This document shows positions 20,098-31,908 of a stretch of 64,000 nucleotides of DNA, piece by piece. Below the pieces are notes generated by a model, which saw only the letters and a list, made by a program, of their open reading frames with translations, searched no databases and was not told the DNA's origin. A program made the position numbers and the translations under genes. Location: the NCBI GenBank assembly GCA_040954595.2, contig JBECUI020000030.1, positions 281,261 through 345,260 of the forward strand, given 5' to 3'. This stretch comes from Balanoglossus misakiensis (Eukaryota; Animalia; Hemichordata). The stretch's first letter is position 1. Each line of letters starts with the position of its first letter.

Positions 20098-20365
20098 TTA
20101 TAAAACGTCTTCTATATGTTTTTTAATTTCTTCTTTATCAAAAATATTATTTAATGTAACGATCTTGCCAAGGTAGGTTGCAGCTGAGGCAATATCCTTT
20201 GTAGCAAAAAAATAGTCTCCCATGCCTACATAGGCAGAACTGAGGTCGGAATGTAAAACCTCAATTTCATCCTCCTTTCCCATTTTCTTTTAGCACTTCT
20301 TTAATTTTTAATTCAAGCATAAAACTACTTCCCAGACCTGATCCACAAATAGCAACTATTTTCAT
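20098..20365 (-). CDS. ulaB: PTS EIIB (UlaB/SgaB-like), frameshifted
   Basis: MKIVAICGSGLGSSF reads from ATG 20365 and joins ORF 20098-20283. Confidence 0.8.
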
Positions 20366-20406
20366 CTCATTTACTCTCCTTTCATGTTCTTAGAAGCAGA
20401 ACATGG

Positions 20407-20880
20407 TTACGTACCCTCTTTGTCTATTTGGCTTTGCATAATAGCCTTAATATCATTACTGCATGTACTGCTCTTCAATTCTGCTAGTAAGGTTTTGTTT
20501 TCTATTAGTTTCATAATATCAATGATAGCGGTTTCATTGAGTTCTTTTTTATCCTTGCATGCCAAGGTCAGAACAATGTATATCGGGTCAAAATCGGAAT
20601 GGCCGAAGGGGATGCTTTGTTTAAGTACGAGGAGCGAAAGCCCGGTGCCGCGAGCTCCGTCTTCCGGTCGAGCGTGTGGCATAGCAACGCCCGGCGCAAT
20701 GACGAAGTAGGGACCCAGTTTTGCTCTGATGTTGAGAATTGCGTGATAATAGTCTGCACTGACAACTCCCCTTTCTTGGAGTGTATCAGTGCCTATCTTG
20801 ACTGCTTCTTGCCACGTTGATACCCGTTCTACAAACCTGTATGCATCGGTAGCTAGAAGGTTTTGCATTATACTTAACAT
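20407..20880 (-). CDS. ulaC: PTS EIIA (Fru/Mtl/ascorbate type)
   Basis: WQEAV, GPYFVIAPGVAMPHARP phosphorylation motif. Confidence 0.85.
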   Translation of the reverse strand: MLSIMQNLLATDAYRFVERVSTWQEAVKIGTDTLQERGVVSADYYHAILNIRAKLGPYFVIAPGVAMPHARPEDGARGTGLSLLVLKQSIPFGHSDFDPIYIVLTLACKDKKELNETAIIDIMKLIENKTLLAELKSSTCSNDIKAIMQSQIDKEGT

Positions 20881-21044
20881 TCCTTCTTAATCTTTGTTAC
20901 CTATAGTGTAGCATAACCATTAATGAGATGCAATAACATGGAAAGGTAACTTATAAATAAAATTCAAAAGTAAATCTTTCCCATAAAAGTTCCTGAACAA
21001 TAATGTCCGGTACATGACTCGGATTTGAGTCAATGGGGAGGCAT

Positions 21045-22165
21045 CTAATAAGAAATTATTCCACTGCTTTGTAGTACGTCTAGGGCTTTACTTAGAACCT
21101 GATCGCTAATCTGGGTTTCATACATAAAAGATTTCAAAACAATGTCCGGGGGGATCCCTACCTTAAAAAAATCGAACTCGTCTACCGCGAAGGTGCGATG
21201 TTGTGGGAAAGCGATTATCCATCCATTGGGCATTTCTCGTTTGTCAGCGGCACCGGAGCAGCCAGCAGTAGTAGTTCCAATTACTTTTTGTATTGAGTCG
21301 GATTCTCGTAGTATCAGCAGTAGTATCTCGGCAGCACTACAGGTACGAGTATTTATCAATACAACAAAAGGTTTATCCTGATAGTATGAAAATCCTTCTG
21401 GGGAGATCGTTTCATAGACCTTTTGGGTGATAGTAGGAGACATACGTAGTTCGGTAATTATGAAATTTCTTTTTCTTGTTGATAAATCGTGAGCCAACCA
21501 CTACTGCATTTGCGCCCTGTCCTCCCGGGTTCCCTCGAAGGTCAATAACAATTTTTTCCACACCCTCACTATGGAATCCTTTGAGAGCATGATCGAGCCT
21601 CCTGCCAAGTTCTTTTTTTTCAAGAGCATCCAGACTCGGAAAATGTAAGTAGCCAATCGGGCTTGTTGTCTCGGTTATTATTCCGTATTGAAAGGCATCC
21701 GTAGCATTTATTATGTTACCGGGGAAGAAGACCTTAGCCTCCGGATAGGCCCAGAAATTTGGTGTATATTGATCAAATTCGTCTCCACGGTTCCTCTTGT
21801 GTGCGTTGCACGAACTCTTCTTGATTGATAGTTATCAGTTTATCGAAATATAAATGTGGATCGCGAATATGGATATAGGCAACTTTATACAAGATGTCTG
21901 CCAGAGTTGCCCAAGTGGGGGTAGCCAGTATATCCGGTCTGAACATATTTTCTATATCTGTCAGGCTTCGTCCGTTTTCAAAAACATAATTTTTGTATGC
22001 ATACGTCCGCTCCAGTTCGTGAAAAAAGAAATCATAGTTTCCCAGAGGTGTATTCTCAAAGGCAGGAAAAAACGAGAAGTTACAGCCGATAGTTACAAAA
22101 ACTATGAACCATAGAGTAGTTATTTGAAATAGTTTAGAAGCGAAATACGACATTAAGGTTAACAT
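21045..22165 (-). CDS. S41-family peptidase lipoprotein, cassette 4 (frameshifted)
   Basis: MLTLMSY start, VTIG-C, HIRDPH, VDLRGNPGG (DNA near 21530), TCSAAE, GIPPD. Confidence 0.78.
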
Positions 22166-22895
22166 TATTTTGTAGTTCCAAACGAGTATGAGGGGCAAGA
22201 AGATATTCAAGTAGACCGGCATACCCAAACTCCAGTAATAACCTTGGATAAATTTTATACTGATAGGCAATGGCCATATCAAAGCTAATAAGATTATGAA
22301 GAGACATGAAAGAAGGGTTTGAAAAAGTAGGCCATTGTTGGTTTTGTATCAGTGTTCCCGTATAAAATGGACGCCAGCCTATGTTTAGTATTGGCGTATA
22401 TATGCTAGCTGACAAAGCGTGGGTTTGATTTATTGCCAATCAACACGGCATGTAGCCCCACTCCTGTATATTGCAACCATGTTGTGCGTATGTCATTGTG
22501 CCACAGGCTAATGCAAATGTGCTCCCGGTCCCAGAAATATGCTTATTTGATTCTTCGCCCATAGCTGAAACAGAGGGGTATAGCTTGCTTTAACGGTACT
22601 GCCATTCCCGATCAGAGGTGGAAATTCCGGTGAGATCGTACGGTATGCCGAAAGAAGGTTCCCCCCTCCACCCTTAATAAGGAAGCGATGTTGCATTTGA
22701 GCAGTACGGTATGTATACTCAATGCCACCGCCGCCGAGAATCAGTACCCTGTATAGGTTTGAATATGCAGTATCGGCACCGACACCTGTAAAAAGTGTAG
22801 CCGTGAGACGAATTTCCGAATGTAGGAAGTTCTCTTCCTGGGCAGTAAGCACAGATATGGATGTCATCAATATACAGCATAGAAGGAGCTTTCAT
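22134..22895 (-). CDS. Predicted outer-membrane beta-barrel protein, cassette 4 (frameshifted)
   Basis: ORFs 22508-22870 and 22134-22439. HSEIR, GWRPFY, RLELQNNVNLNVVFRF. Confidence 0.7.
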
Positions 22896-22984
22896 ATATA
22901 TAACCTGCATTGTAAGAGGCTGTTATCATTCAGTCAATGTAGTGGGGGATACAAGCTCGGGGATAGAGTAATTATTGCATGCAG

Positions 22985-24097
22985 TTATTCCGCGGCATTG
23001 AGAATTTGTATGGCCGTATCTAGCACCTGATCGATGAGAGCGGGGGGGTCGTGTGGGATAGATTTCTGAACAATGTCGGGGCGTAGCCCTACTTTGAAGA
23101 AGTCTGTGCCATCTGCTGTGTAGGTTCGGCTTCTTGTTATCCTAATTTCCCACCCATTAGGCATGTCCCGATCTATAACAGTTCCGGTGCAGCCCAAAGT
23201 AGGCGTTCCAATTACCTTTTTTATCTCGTTGGATTGGCGGAGTATGAGTAGTAGCATTTCAGCCGCACTGCATGTAAAGGTGTTTATTAGTACGACAACA
23301 GGCTTGTCTTGATAGTAGGAGAATCCGCTGGGTCGAACGTATTCATGGACCCTTTTATATTCGCCAGGAGAAACGTGCTTGTCGACAATCATAAACATTT
23401 TTTTTTGCTTGATAAATCGTCCGCCTATTTCCAATGCTTTGAACCCGTCCCCTCCCGGTGATCCCCGAAGATCAATGATCATTTTATCTACACCCTCACG
23501 GTAAAAAGTCTTCAGAGTTTCATCGAGATCTCTTCCAAACCTAGCCCATCCAGCGGCATCAAGAGAAGGTGTTATTTCTCTAATAAGCATGTATCCGATA
23601 GTGGAGCCGGTTATAATTCCGTATTGGATGATTGGGGTAAACTTTCTTATGTTACCGGGGAACAAAGACTCTCTTATCGTGTAATCTGGTATATAATCAT
23701 CAAATTCGTCGCCCCTGATGTCCACTAATGTGCTGTCGTTTGATGAGAGGTATGTGTATGAAATAGGTGCATTAAAAACAAGCAAATGCGGATCGCGAAT
23801 GTGCGTGGAAACTATTTTCTTAAATGTTACTGCGAGCATTCCCCATGTGGGATTTATACGAAGATCTAGTCTGAATCTATCTCGTATCTCCGGCAGCGTT
23901 ATTCCGTTTTCAAAGCTATAATCCTTGTAAGCATAGAACTGTTCCAGTTCGTGAAAGAAAAATCATAATTCCCAAGCGGTGTATTCTCAAAGGCAGGGGA
24001 AAATGAAAAACTACAGCCGACACTAACAAAAACTATGAACAGCAGAGAAACTGTTCGAAACAATTTAGAAACGAAATAGGAGACTATAGCTAAACAT
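22985..24097 (-). CDS. S41-family peptidase lipoprotein, cassette 5 (frameshifted)
   Basis: VSVG-C, FENTPLGNYD, HIRDPH, IDLRGSPGG, TCSAAE, GLRPD. Confidence 0.78.
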
Positions 24098-24862
24098 TAT
24101 TATGCAACTCCAGGCGGGCAAAATTTCCTGAAAAATATTCCAGTATGCCGTTATATTCTAATTCAAGTAACAACCATGAGAAAATTTTATATCGATAAGC
24201 AATATTCATATCGAGGTTAATAAAATTGTGCAAAGATACAAAGGAAGTATCAAGGAAGGTGAGAAGAAAGGGGTTAGTGAACTGTGGTAAATACAGAGAG
24301 TCTGCTGAAACTCCGGAATGGGCTGGGCGCCAGCCCGCGTTCAGTATCGGTGTGTATATACCAGCCGTCAATGAATGAATTGGGTTTATTTGCCAGATTG
24401 CTTGTATCTTTAGCCCAAGGCCCGTATAGTGCATCCATGTAAACTGTACGTTTTTTGGCCTTTCATGCCACCAACTGAGTGAAAAATGTGCCCCGGGACC
24501 AATCAGTACAGCTATTGAGTTATTTGCCCATACCTGAAACAGAGATGTATAGATTATTTTAAGAGTTACGGCAAATCTTTTGAGGGCGGAAACTCTTTTG
24601 TTGCAGGCTGATATGGCGAATACAGAGTACCAGCACCAGCCCTCATCTGGATGCTATGTTGTGTTCGGGCAGTACGATATGTATACTCAATGAATCCGCC
24701 ACCAAGGAGTGGAACCTTGTAGAGGGAGGCATATGCAATATCAGCAACAACTCCGATAAAAAACGTCGTTCCGAGACGGAACTCGGAATGTTTTTCTATT
24801 TCTTGGGCAAAGAGTCCGAAGGCACAGGACAGCAGTACCACAAGACAAATAATTCGAAGCAT
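24065..24862 (-). CDS. Predicted outer-membrane beta-barrel protein, cassette 5 (frameshifted)
   Basis: ORFs 24566-24862 and 24090-24434. Ends RLELHNNV-SYSLLFRF if one extra T is removed. Confidence 0.68.
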
Positions 24863-24932
24863 TTAGTTCATGCTAATAAGAAACGGGGGGAACAGTCAAG
24901 CAGCGTATTTCATCCCGGGAAGCCCCTCTGGG

Positions 24933-24954
24933 AAATGTTACTAAACTAACATTT
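24933..24954. promoter_or_regulatory. Palindromic putative operator in divergent promoter region
   Basis: AAATGTTA-CTAAAC-TAACATTT perfect inverted repeat between cassette 5 and the BMP gene. Confidence 0.45.
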
Positions 24955-25082
24955 GTTAATATTGTCAATATGAAGTGCTGAATAATTAACAATTTCATAC
25001 GATCAATATCTGTCTGCTATTGGCATTTTTATTAAAGTATAGTATACTTCAAAACTAACATAACAATACTTTGGAGGTAAAA

Positions 25083-26151
<1,069 letters not shown>

Positions 26152-26158
26152 GCAATAC

Positions 26159-27703
26159 ATGGGACAGGGGACAGATTTTTTTGTTGAGATGCTGGGAATA
26201 ACTAAACGTTTTCCCGGCATTACAGCAAATGATAATATCTCCTTGCACGTACGGCATGGGGATATTCATGCACTGTTAGGCGAAAACGGGTCAGGCAAAA
26301 CAACGCTTATGAATGTGTTGTTTGGCATGCTTACGCCCGATGCAGGTCGACTGTGTATACGCGGAAAAGAAGTTGCTATATCCAATCCTCAGATAGCAAC
26401 AGAACTAGGCATCAGTATGGTGCACCAGCATTTTCAGCTGATTGATACCTTTACAGTTACCGAGAACATTATTCTTGGTATTGAAAGCAAGAAAAGTTTT
26501 AATCGAGTTGATACAAAAACTGCAGCAAATAAAAATTATGGAACTATCAGAGCAATACGGGCTTGTTGTAGATCCCTATGCACTGATACAAGACATTCCA
26601 GTTAGTATGCAACAACGTGTTGAGATACTAAAAATGTTATACCGCCAGGCAGATATCATGATTTTTGATGAACCAACAGCGGTACTCGTGCCCACCGAGA
26701 TACAAGAACTCATGAAGATCATGAAGAATCTTGCAGCTGAGGGCAAAACCATCCTGCTCATCACCCATAAACTAAATGAAATACGAGAGTGGCAGACCGG
26801 TGCAGTGTGCTTCGTAGGGGAAAGATGATTGATACAGTTGATGTTGATACCTGCGACGAGGCAGGAATTGGCACGGATGATGGTGGGGGCGTCCGGTAGA
26901 TTTCACCGTTAAAAAAGCTGAAACTCCAAAAACCAAGACTGTGTTGTCGGTACGTAACTTAACGGTACGAAACCAGATGGGCATTACTAAGGTCAAAGGG
27001 GTAAGTTTCGATGTCAAGGCAGGCGAAATACTGAGCATTGCAGGGGTAGAAGGGAAATGGGCAATTAGAGCTAGTGGAAGCCATTCTTGGGGCTTGCCCC
27101 ATTGACACGGGAACTATACAAATTAATGATACCCATATAGAGAATTACAATATCCGGCAACGAGCAGAAAGCGGGCTCGGTCTAATTCCCGAAGATCGAC
27201 AGAAACACGGTCTTGTGCTTGCGTTTACTTTGGCGGAGAACCTTGCTTTGAAGCGGTATTACATGGAACCCTATTCACGCCGGGGGATGTTGGAATTTGA
27301 TCAGTTTGCATCGAATGCAGAGCGATTAATCCAGGAGTTTGATATTCGTTCGGGACAGGGCATACATACAATAGTGGGAATGATGTCGGGAGGGAATCAG
27401 CAGAAGGCCATCATTGCACGAGAAATTGATAATACGCCGCCAGTTCTTCTTGTTGTACAACCGACACGTGGGCTGGACGTTGGTGCCATTGAGTATATTC
27501 ATAAGAGGATTGTGCGGGAACGAGACAAGGGTAAAGCGGTTTTACTTGTGTCGATGGAACTTGATGAGGTAACGATGCTTTCCGATCGAATAGCAACGAT
27601 CTACAATGGTGAAATTGTTGGAATAGTTGATGGAAAGGATGTGGATACAACACAACTAGGATTGATGATGATCGGTGAAGTAAGTGGAGATGGAAAGGCA
27701 TGA
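26159..27703 (+). CDS. Nucleoside ABC ATPase (NupA/YufO-like), frameshifted
   Basis: GENGSGKTT, FDEPTAVL, IPEDRQKHG, SGGNQQK, QPTRGLD. Confidence 0.85.
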
Positions 27704-28836
27704 AGGCAAAAAAGGGTATACTACATTCGATAGTACATAATGATGTATTATGGATCCCATTGATAGCGGTTATTAGTGGGCTATTTTGCGGTATAATTCT
27801 TATGCTGATAACGGGCTATAATCCGTTTGATTTGTTTGCTGCATTACTACGCGGAACCTTTGGTCTGAGGTTCGATTCTGCAACTAGCTTTTTTAATCCT
27901 CGTTATATTGGAGAATTCCTTGTAAGGGTTATTCCTATTACATTAACAGGTCTTGCAGTAGGATTTTCTTTTCGTACCGGGTTGTTTAATATCGGGGCGG
28001 AAGGACAGTTGATTATGGGATCTTGGGCAGCAATTACAGTTAGTTTTCTTGCATCTGCCTTGCCTGCATTTCTACTGCTTCCGCTTCGTACTGATTAGCA
28101 GTATAGTGGCAGGGGCACTGTGGGGGTTTGTACCGGGATTCTTGAAGGCGCGCTTTAGCATACATGAGGTTGTTGTAACAATAATGCTCAATTATGCGGC
28201 ATTGTATTTTACGAACTATGCATACATGTTATTACCACATGTTAGTACTGCAAGGACCCTTGATGTACCGGATGCTGCAATACTGCATAGTGACTGGCTT
28301 GCATCCATTACCAATAATTCACGATTACATTGGGGTCTTATTGTTCTTATTTTTGCCATTATCATGTATTGGTTTATTATGGAACGGACAGTCTTCGGTT
28401 ACGAACTGCGTGCGACCGGGTTTAATAAAGATGCAGCTCGATATGCCGGGATACAGGTTACTCGGAAGATTACCTTATCTATGATGATTCCGGTGGTTTT
28501 GCCGGTCTTGCGGGCGCTATGATTGCAGTGGGAACATTTAGTTATGGACGAGTCTTGTATAGCTTTGAAAATTATGGCTTTGATGGCATAGCGGTTTCCC
28601 TTATTGGCAGTAATACCGCCTCCGGCATTCCAATGGCCGGTGTTTTGTTTGCTTCGCTCAAGTCAGCACAGCCAATTATGCAGACCCGAGGAATCCCGCG
28701 AGACATTATTGATATTGTTATTGCCATTGTCATATTGATGGTTGCTATGCAGTATGGCATTAAGAAAATACGTGCATATCTTTTGTCTCGTTACAAGCAA
28801 AAGCAGGCGGAGGAAAAAGTGGGGACGAATACATGA
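27700..28836 (+). CDS. Nucleoside ABC permease 1 (frameshifted)
   Basis: GLFNIGAEGQ, HEVVVTIMLNY, GFDGIAV. Confidence 0.82.
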
Positions 28837-29783
28837 ACGAAACATATGCAGTTATTACTCTTGCTTTAATTTTTCCACCCCAATTATTATAACGGCACTG
28901 GGAGGACTGATTTCAGAACTCAGTGGGGTTACCAACATTGCTTTAGAAGGGTTAATGATGATCGGTGCGTTTGCTTCGGCGACCGTGGTTGTTTTTCTCG
29001 AAACGACTATGGGTAATAGTGCCCCTTGGGTGTCTTATTGGTTGGCATGGTTATGGGAATGATTTTTGCTGCCATCCATGGTTACATAAGTGTGTATTTG
29101 CATGGGATCAAATAGTATCGGGTACTGGGATAAACTTTTTAGCGGTTGGTATTACCGTATATTTCTGTCAGATTATCTTCAATCAGCAACGAACACAGGT
29201 ATTTACCCGCGGCTTTATAAAGAGTACATTCCCCGGGTTGTCCGACATCCCCATTATCGGCCCTATATTCCTTTGCAAACATATATACAACTGTTTTTGT
29301 TGCATTCATTCTTGTTGTCATTGTATGGTTTATTATTAACAAGACTGTTATTGGGCGCGATTAAAAGCATCCGGAGAACATCCCCATGCTCTGGGAAAGC
29401 GCTGGAATTAATGTGTATCGCTTACGATTTATAGCGGTACTGGTATCCGGGGCATTGGCGGGTCTGTCCGGAGGCATTATGGTGCTTACGCAGGATACGC
29501 AGTATACCGTGCTGAGTATCCATGGAACCGGATTTATAGCACTTGCTACCATGATTTTCGGTAAGTGGAGAGTTTCGGGATCCTTGGTGCCGGAATTTTG
29601 TTTGGCTTTCTTCAAGTTCTTGCAGTATATTCCACGAGTATACCGGGACTACGTGTAATTCCACAGGAAATATTCAAAATTTTCCCCTATCTTCTTACGG
29701 TATTGGCAATGGTAGCATTCAGTCGTAATAACGTTGCGCCTAAAACGGTCGGGCAACCGTACGATAGAGAAAGTAGTAAATAA
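28833..29783 (+). CDS. Nucleoside ABC permease 2 (frameshifted)
   Basis: SELSGVTNIALEGLM, GFIALATMIFGKW, FPYLLT. Confidence 0.8.
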
Positions 29784-29860
29784 TAGCTACCTTGTAGTAT
29801 TACTTTGTATGCTATAGTATAATTAACGTATCATCTGTAATTATGAGAAGCGGGAGAACT

Positions 29861-31314
29861 ATGAAAGATAGTATTCATACCATTATCTCAGACATCCCTC
29901 GGCAGTTGTATATCAATGGAGAATGGGTCACAAGTGGTGAAGTCTTTTCTGTTGTTAATCCCGCGACCGAAAAAGAAATTACAACTGTTTCAAGTGCAGG
30001 GATAGAAGACGCTCATGCTGCTGTGCAGGCAGCTAGCACTGCTTTCAGCGAGTGGTCTGCATATAAGCCACGAGACAGATGCGAAATACTCCGTTTGATA
30101 TTTGAAAAAATAATTGAAATGGAAAAAGACTTGGCAACTGTTATCACCTTGGAGCATGGAAAATCCCTGTCTTCTTCTATTCGTGAGGTACGTTATGCCG
30201 CAGAGTTTTTTAGATGGTTTAGCGAAGAGGGGTGCGCAATATCGGGCATTATTATCGTTCACCTACCACAGATGCCGATATTGTAGTACGACATACAGCC
30301 GCTGGGGTCGCCCTATTAATTACACCCTGGAATTTTCCCCTTGCTATGGGAACCCGAAAGATTGCCCCGGCATTAGCAGCTGGATGTTCAGTCATAATAA
30401 AACCAGCAACGAATGCCCCTCTGGCAACACTTCTACTTACACGAATACTGGAAGATGCCGGACTCCCGGCTGGAGTAGTTAATGTGCTTCCCTGTAATCA
30501 GCCAGCCGCCGTTATCCCATCAATACTACGCTCGCCCGCTGTACGGGTTGTATCATTTACCGGTTCAACGGAAGTAGGGCGAACATTGATACAAAGAGCA
30601 GCCGAAACAGTTACCAACTGTTTCGATGGAACTAGGCGGAAATGCCCCTTTTATCGTATTGGAAGATGCGGATATTGAAGCCGCTGTAGAAGGAGCATTA
30701 CTTGCTAAGATGAGAAACATAGGGGAATCCTGTGTGGCTGCCAATCGTTTTATATTCACGAAAGGGCAGCAGATACATGTATTCCCTTGATCGTGCAGAG
30801 AATGGAAAAACTCCTTATGGGCAATGGCATGGATGAGAAAACCGATGTTGGTCCCCTTATTTCTTCCACAGCACGAGAAAAGGTTCACGGACTTGTCGAA
30901 GATGCACTCAATAAGGGAGGGCGTCTATTATGTGGAGGCCGTATACCGGAAGGGCAAGGTTATTTTTATCCGCCAACGGTTATAACGGACATTCCTGTTC
31001 ATGCATTGATGCTCAAAGAAGAAGTATTTGGTCCGGTGATGGGGATCCGTGTCTTCAGCAATGAAGAAACAATGATTGCAGAGGCAAATGATACGGAATA
31101 TGGTCTGGCAGCGTACATATATGGAGAAACGCAGCATGCAATGAGCATTGCAGCACGGATAGAGGCAGGCATGGTCGGTGTAAACAGAGGAATACTCTCT
31201 GATCCTGCGGCGCCCTTTGGTGGAATGAAACAAAGTGGGCTGGGGCGAGAAGGAGCACATGAAGGGTTGATGGAATTTATGGAGACACAGTACATATCAG
31301 TATCACTGTGTTAA
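29861..31314 (+). CDS. gabD: NAD(P)-dependent succinate-semialdehyde dehydrogenase (frameshifted)
   Basis: [47 protein letters not shown]. Confidence 0.82.
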
Positions 31315-31322
31315 TATAAAAA

Positions 31323-31352
31323 CAGCAAGAGAAAATGTTAATTCTCTTGCTG
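31323..31352. terminator. Hairpin between convergent genes
   Basis: CAGCAAGAGAA-8nt-TTCTCTTGCTG. Confidence 0.65.
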
Positions 31353-31378
31353 CTGTTCTTATTTTTATGGCATCTTAA

Positions 31379-31849
31379 TTAAAAGATTACTAGTAGCAAT
31401 AATGCTGTACCGAGAAAACAATACCAGTTACAGGCATGCCACGATTTTTGCGTCTACTTGTCTGGTAGCAAGTATACCGAATACAAGACCAACAATAGCC
31501 ACGGAAACCCGAGCCGTGTCAGAGCAAAAAATGGATAGAAGCCGAACCGAGAGTCGCCGTATCCCATCATATGGCGATTACCGAAAAAAACGACCTGGTC
31601 CAAAGCCATCATTGCCTCGGCGCCATTGATTATCTTGATCCCAGCGATTATCTTGCCAACGATCATTATTCCAGTATCCGTCGTTTACACCGATAGCTCC
31701 TATAGGTATAAACGACATAACCGACATTGCTAATACAAAGAACAACGCAAATCGCCCCAGTAATAATACTGGTAAGAGCAAACTTGTTGTGTTTTCTTTT
31801 TCCCATTCAAATTATTGTTTTCTGTACTCACCTTATTTTCTGTACTCAC
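31379..31849 (-). CDS. Small hypothetical membrane protein (frameshifted; boundaries approximate)
   Basis: GGAGG then GTG at 31849. Hydrophobic segments flank a W/D/N/Q/R/G-rich loop (ORFs 31578-31781 and 31454-31666). Confidence 0.45.
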
Positions 31850-31908
31850 TTTGTACCTCCGTCATACACTTTATAATACAGCCAAGAAGCACAGTGGTTG
31901 CATTATTA

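Noticed and set aside
8323-24862. Diversity-generating retroelement or integron explaining the cassettes
   Set aside because: No reverse transcriptase, integrase or attC-like sites. Differences are not adenine-specific and include indels.
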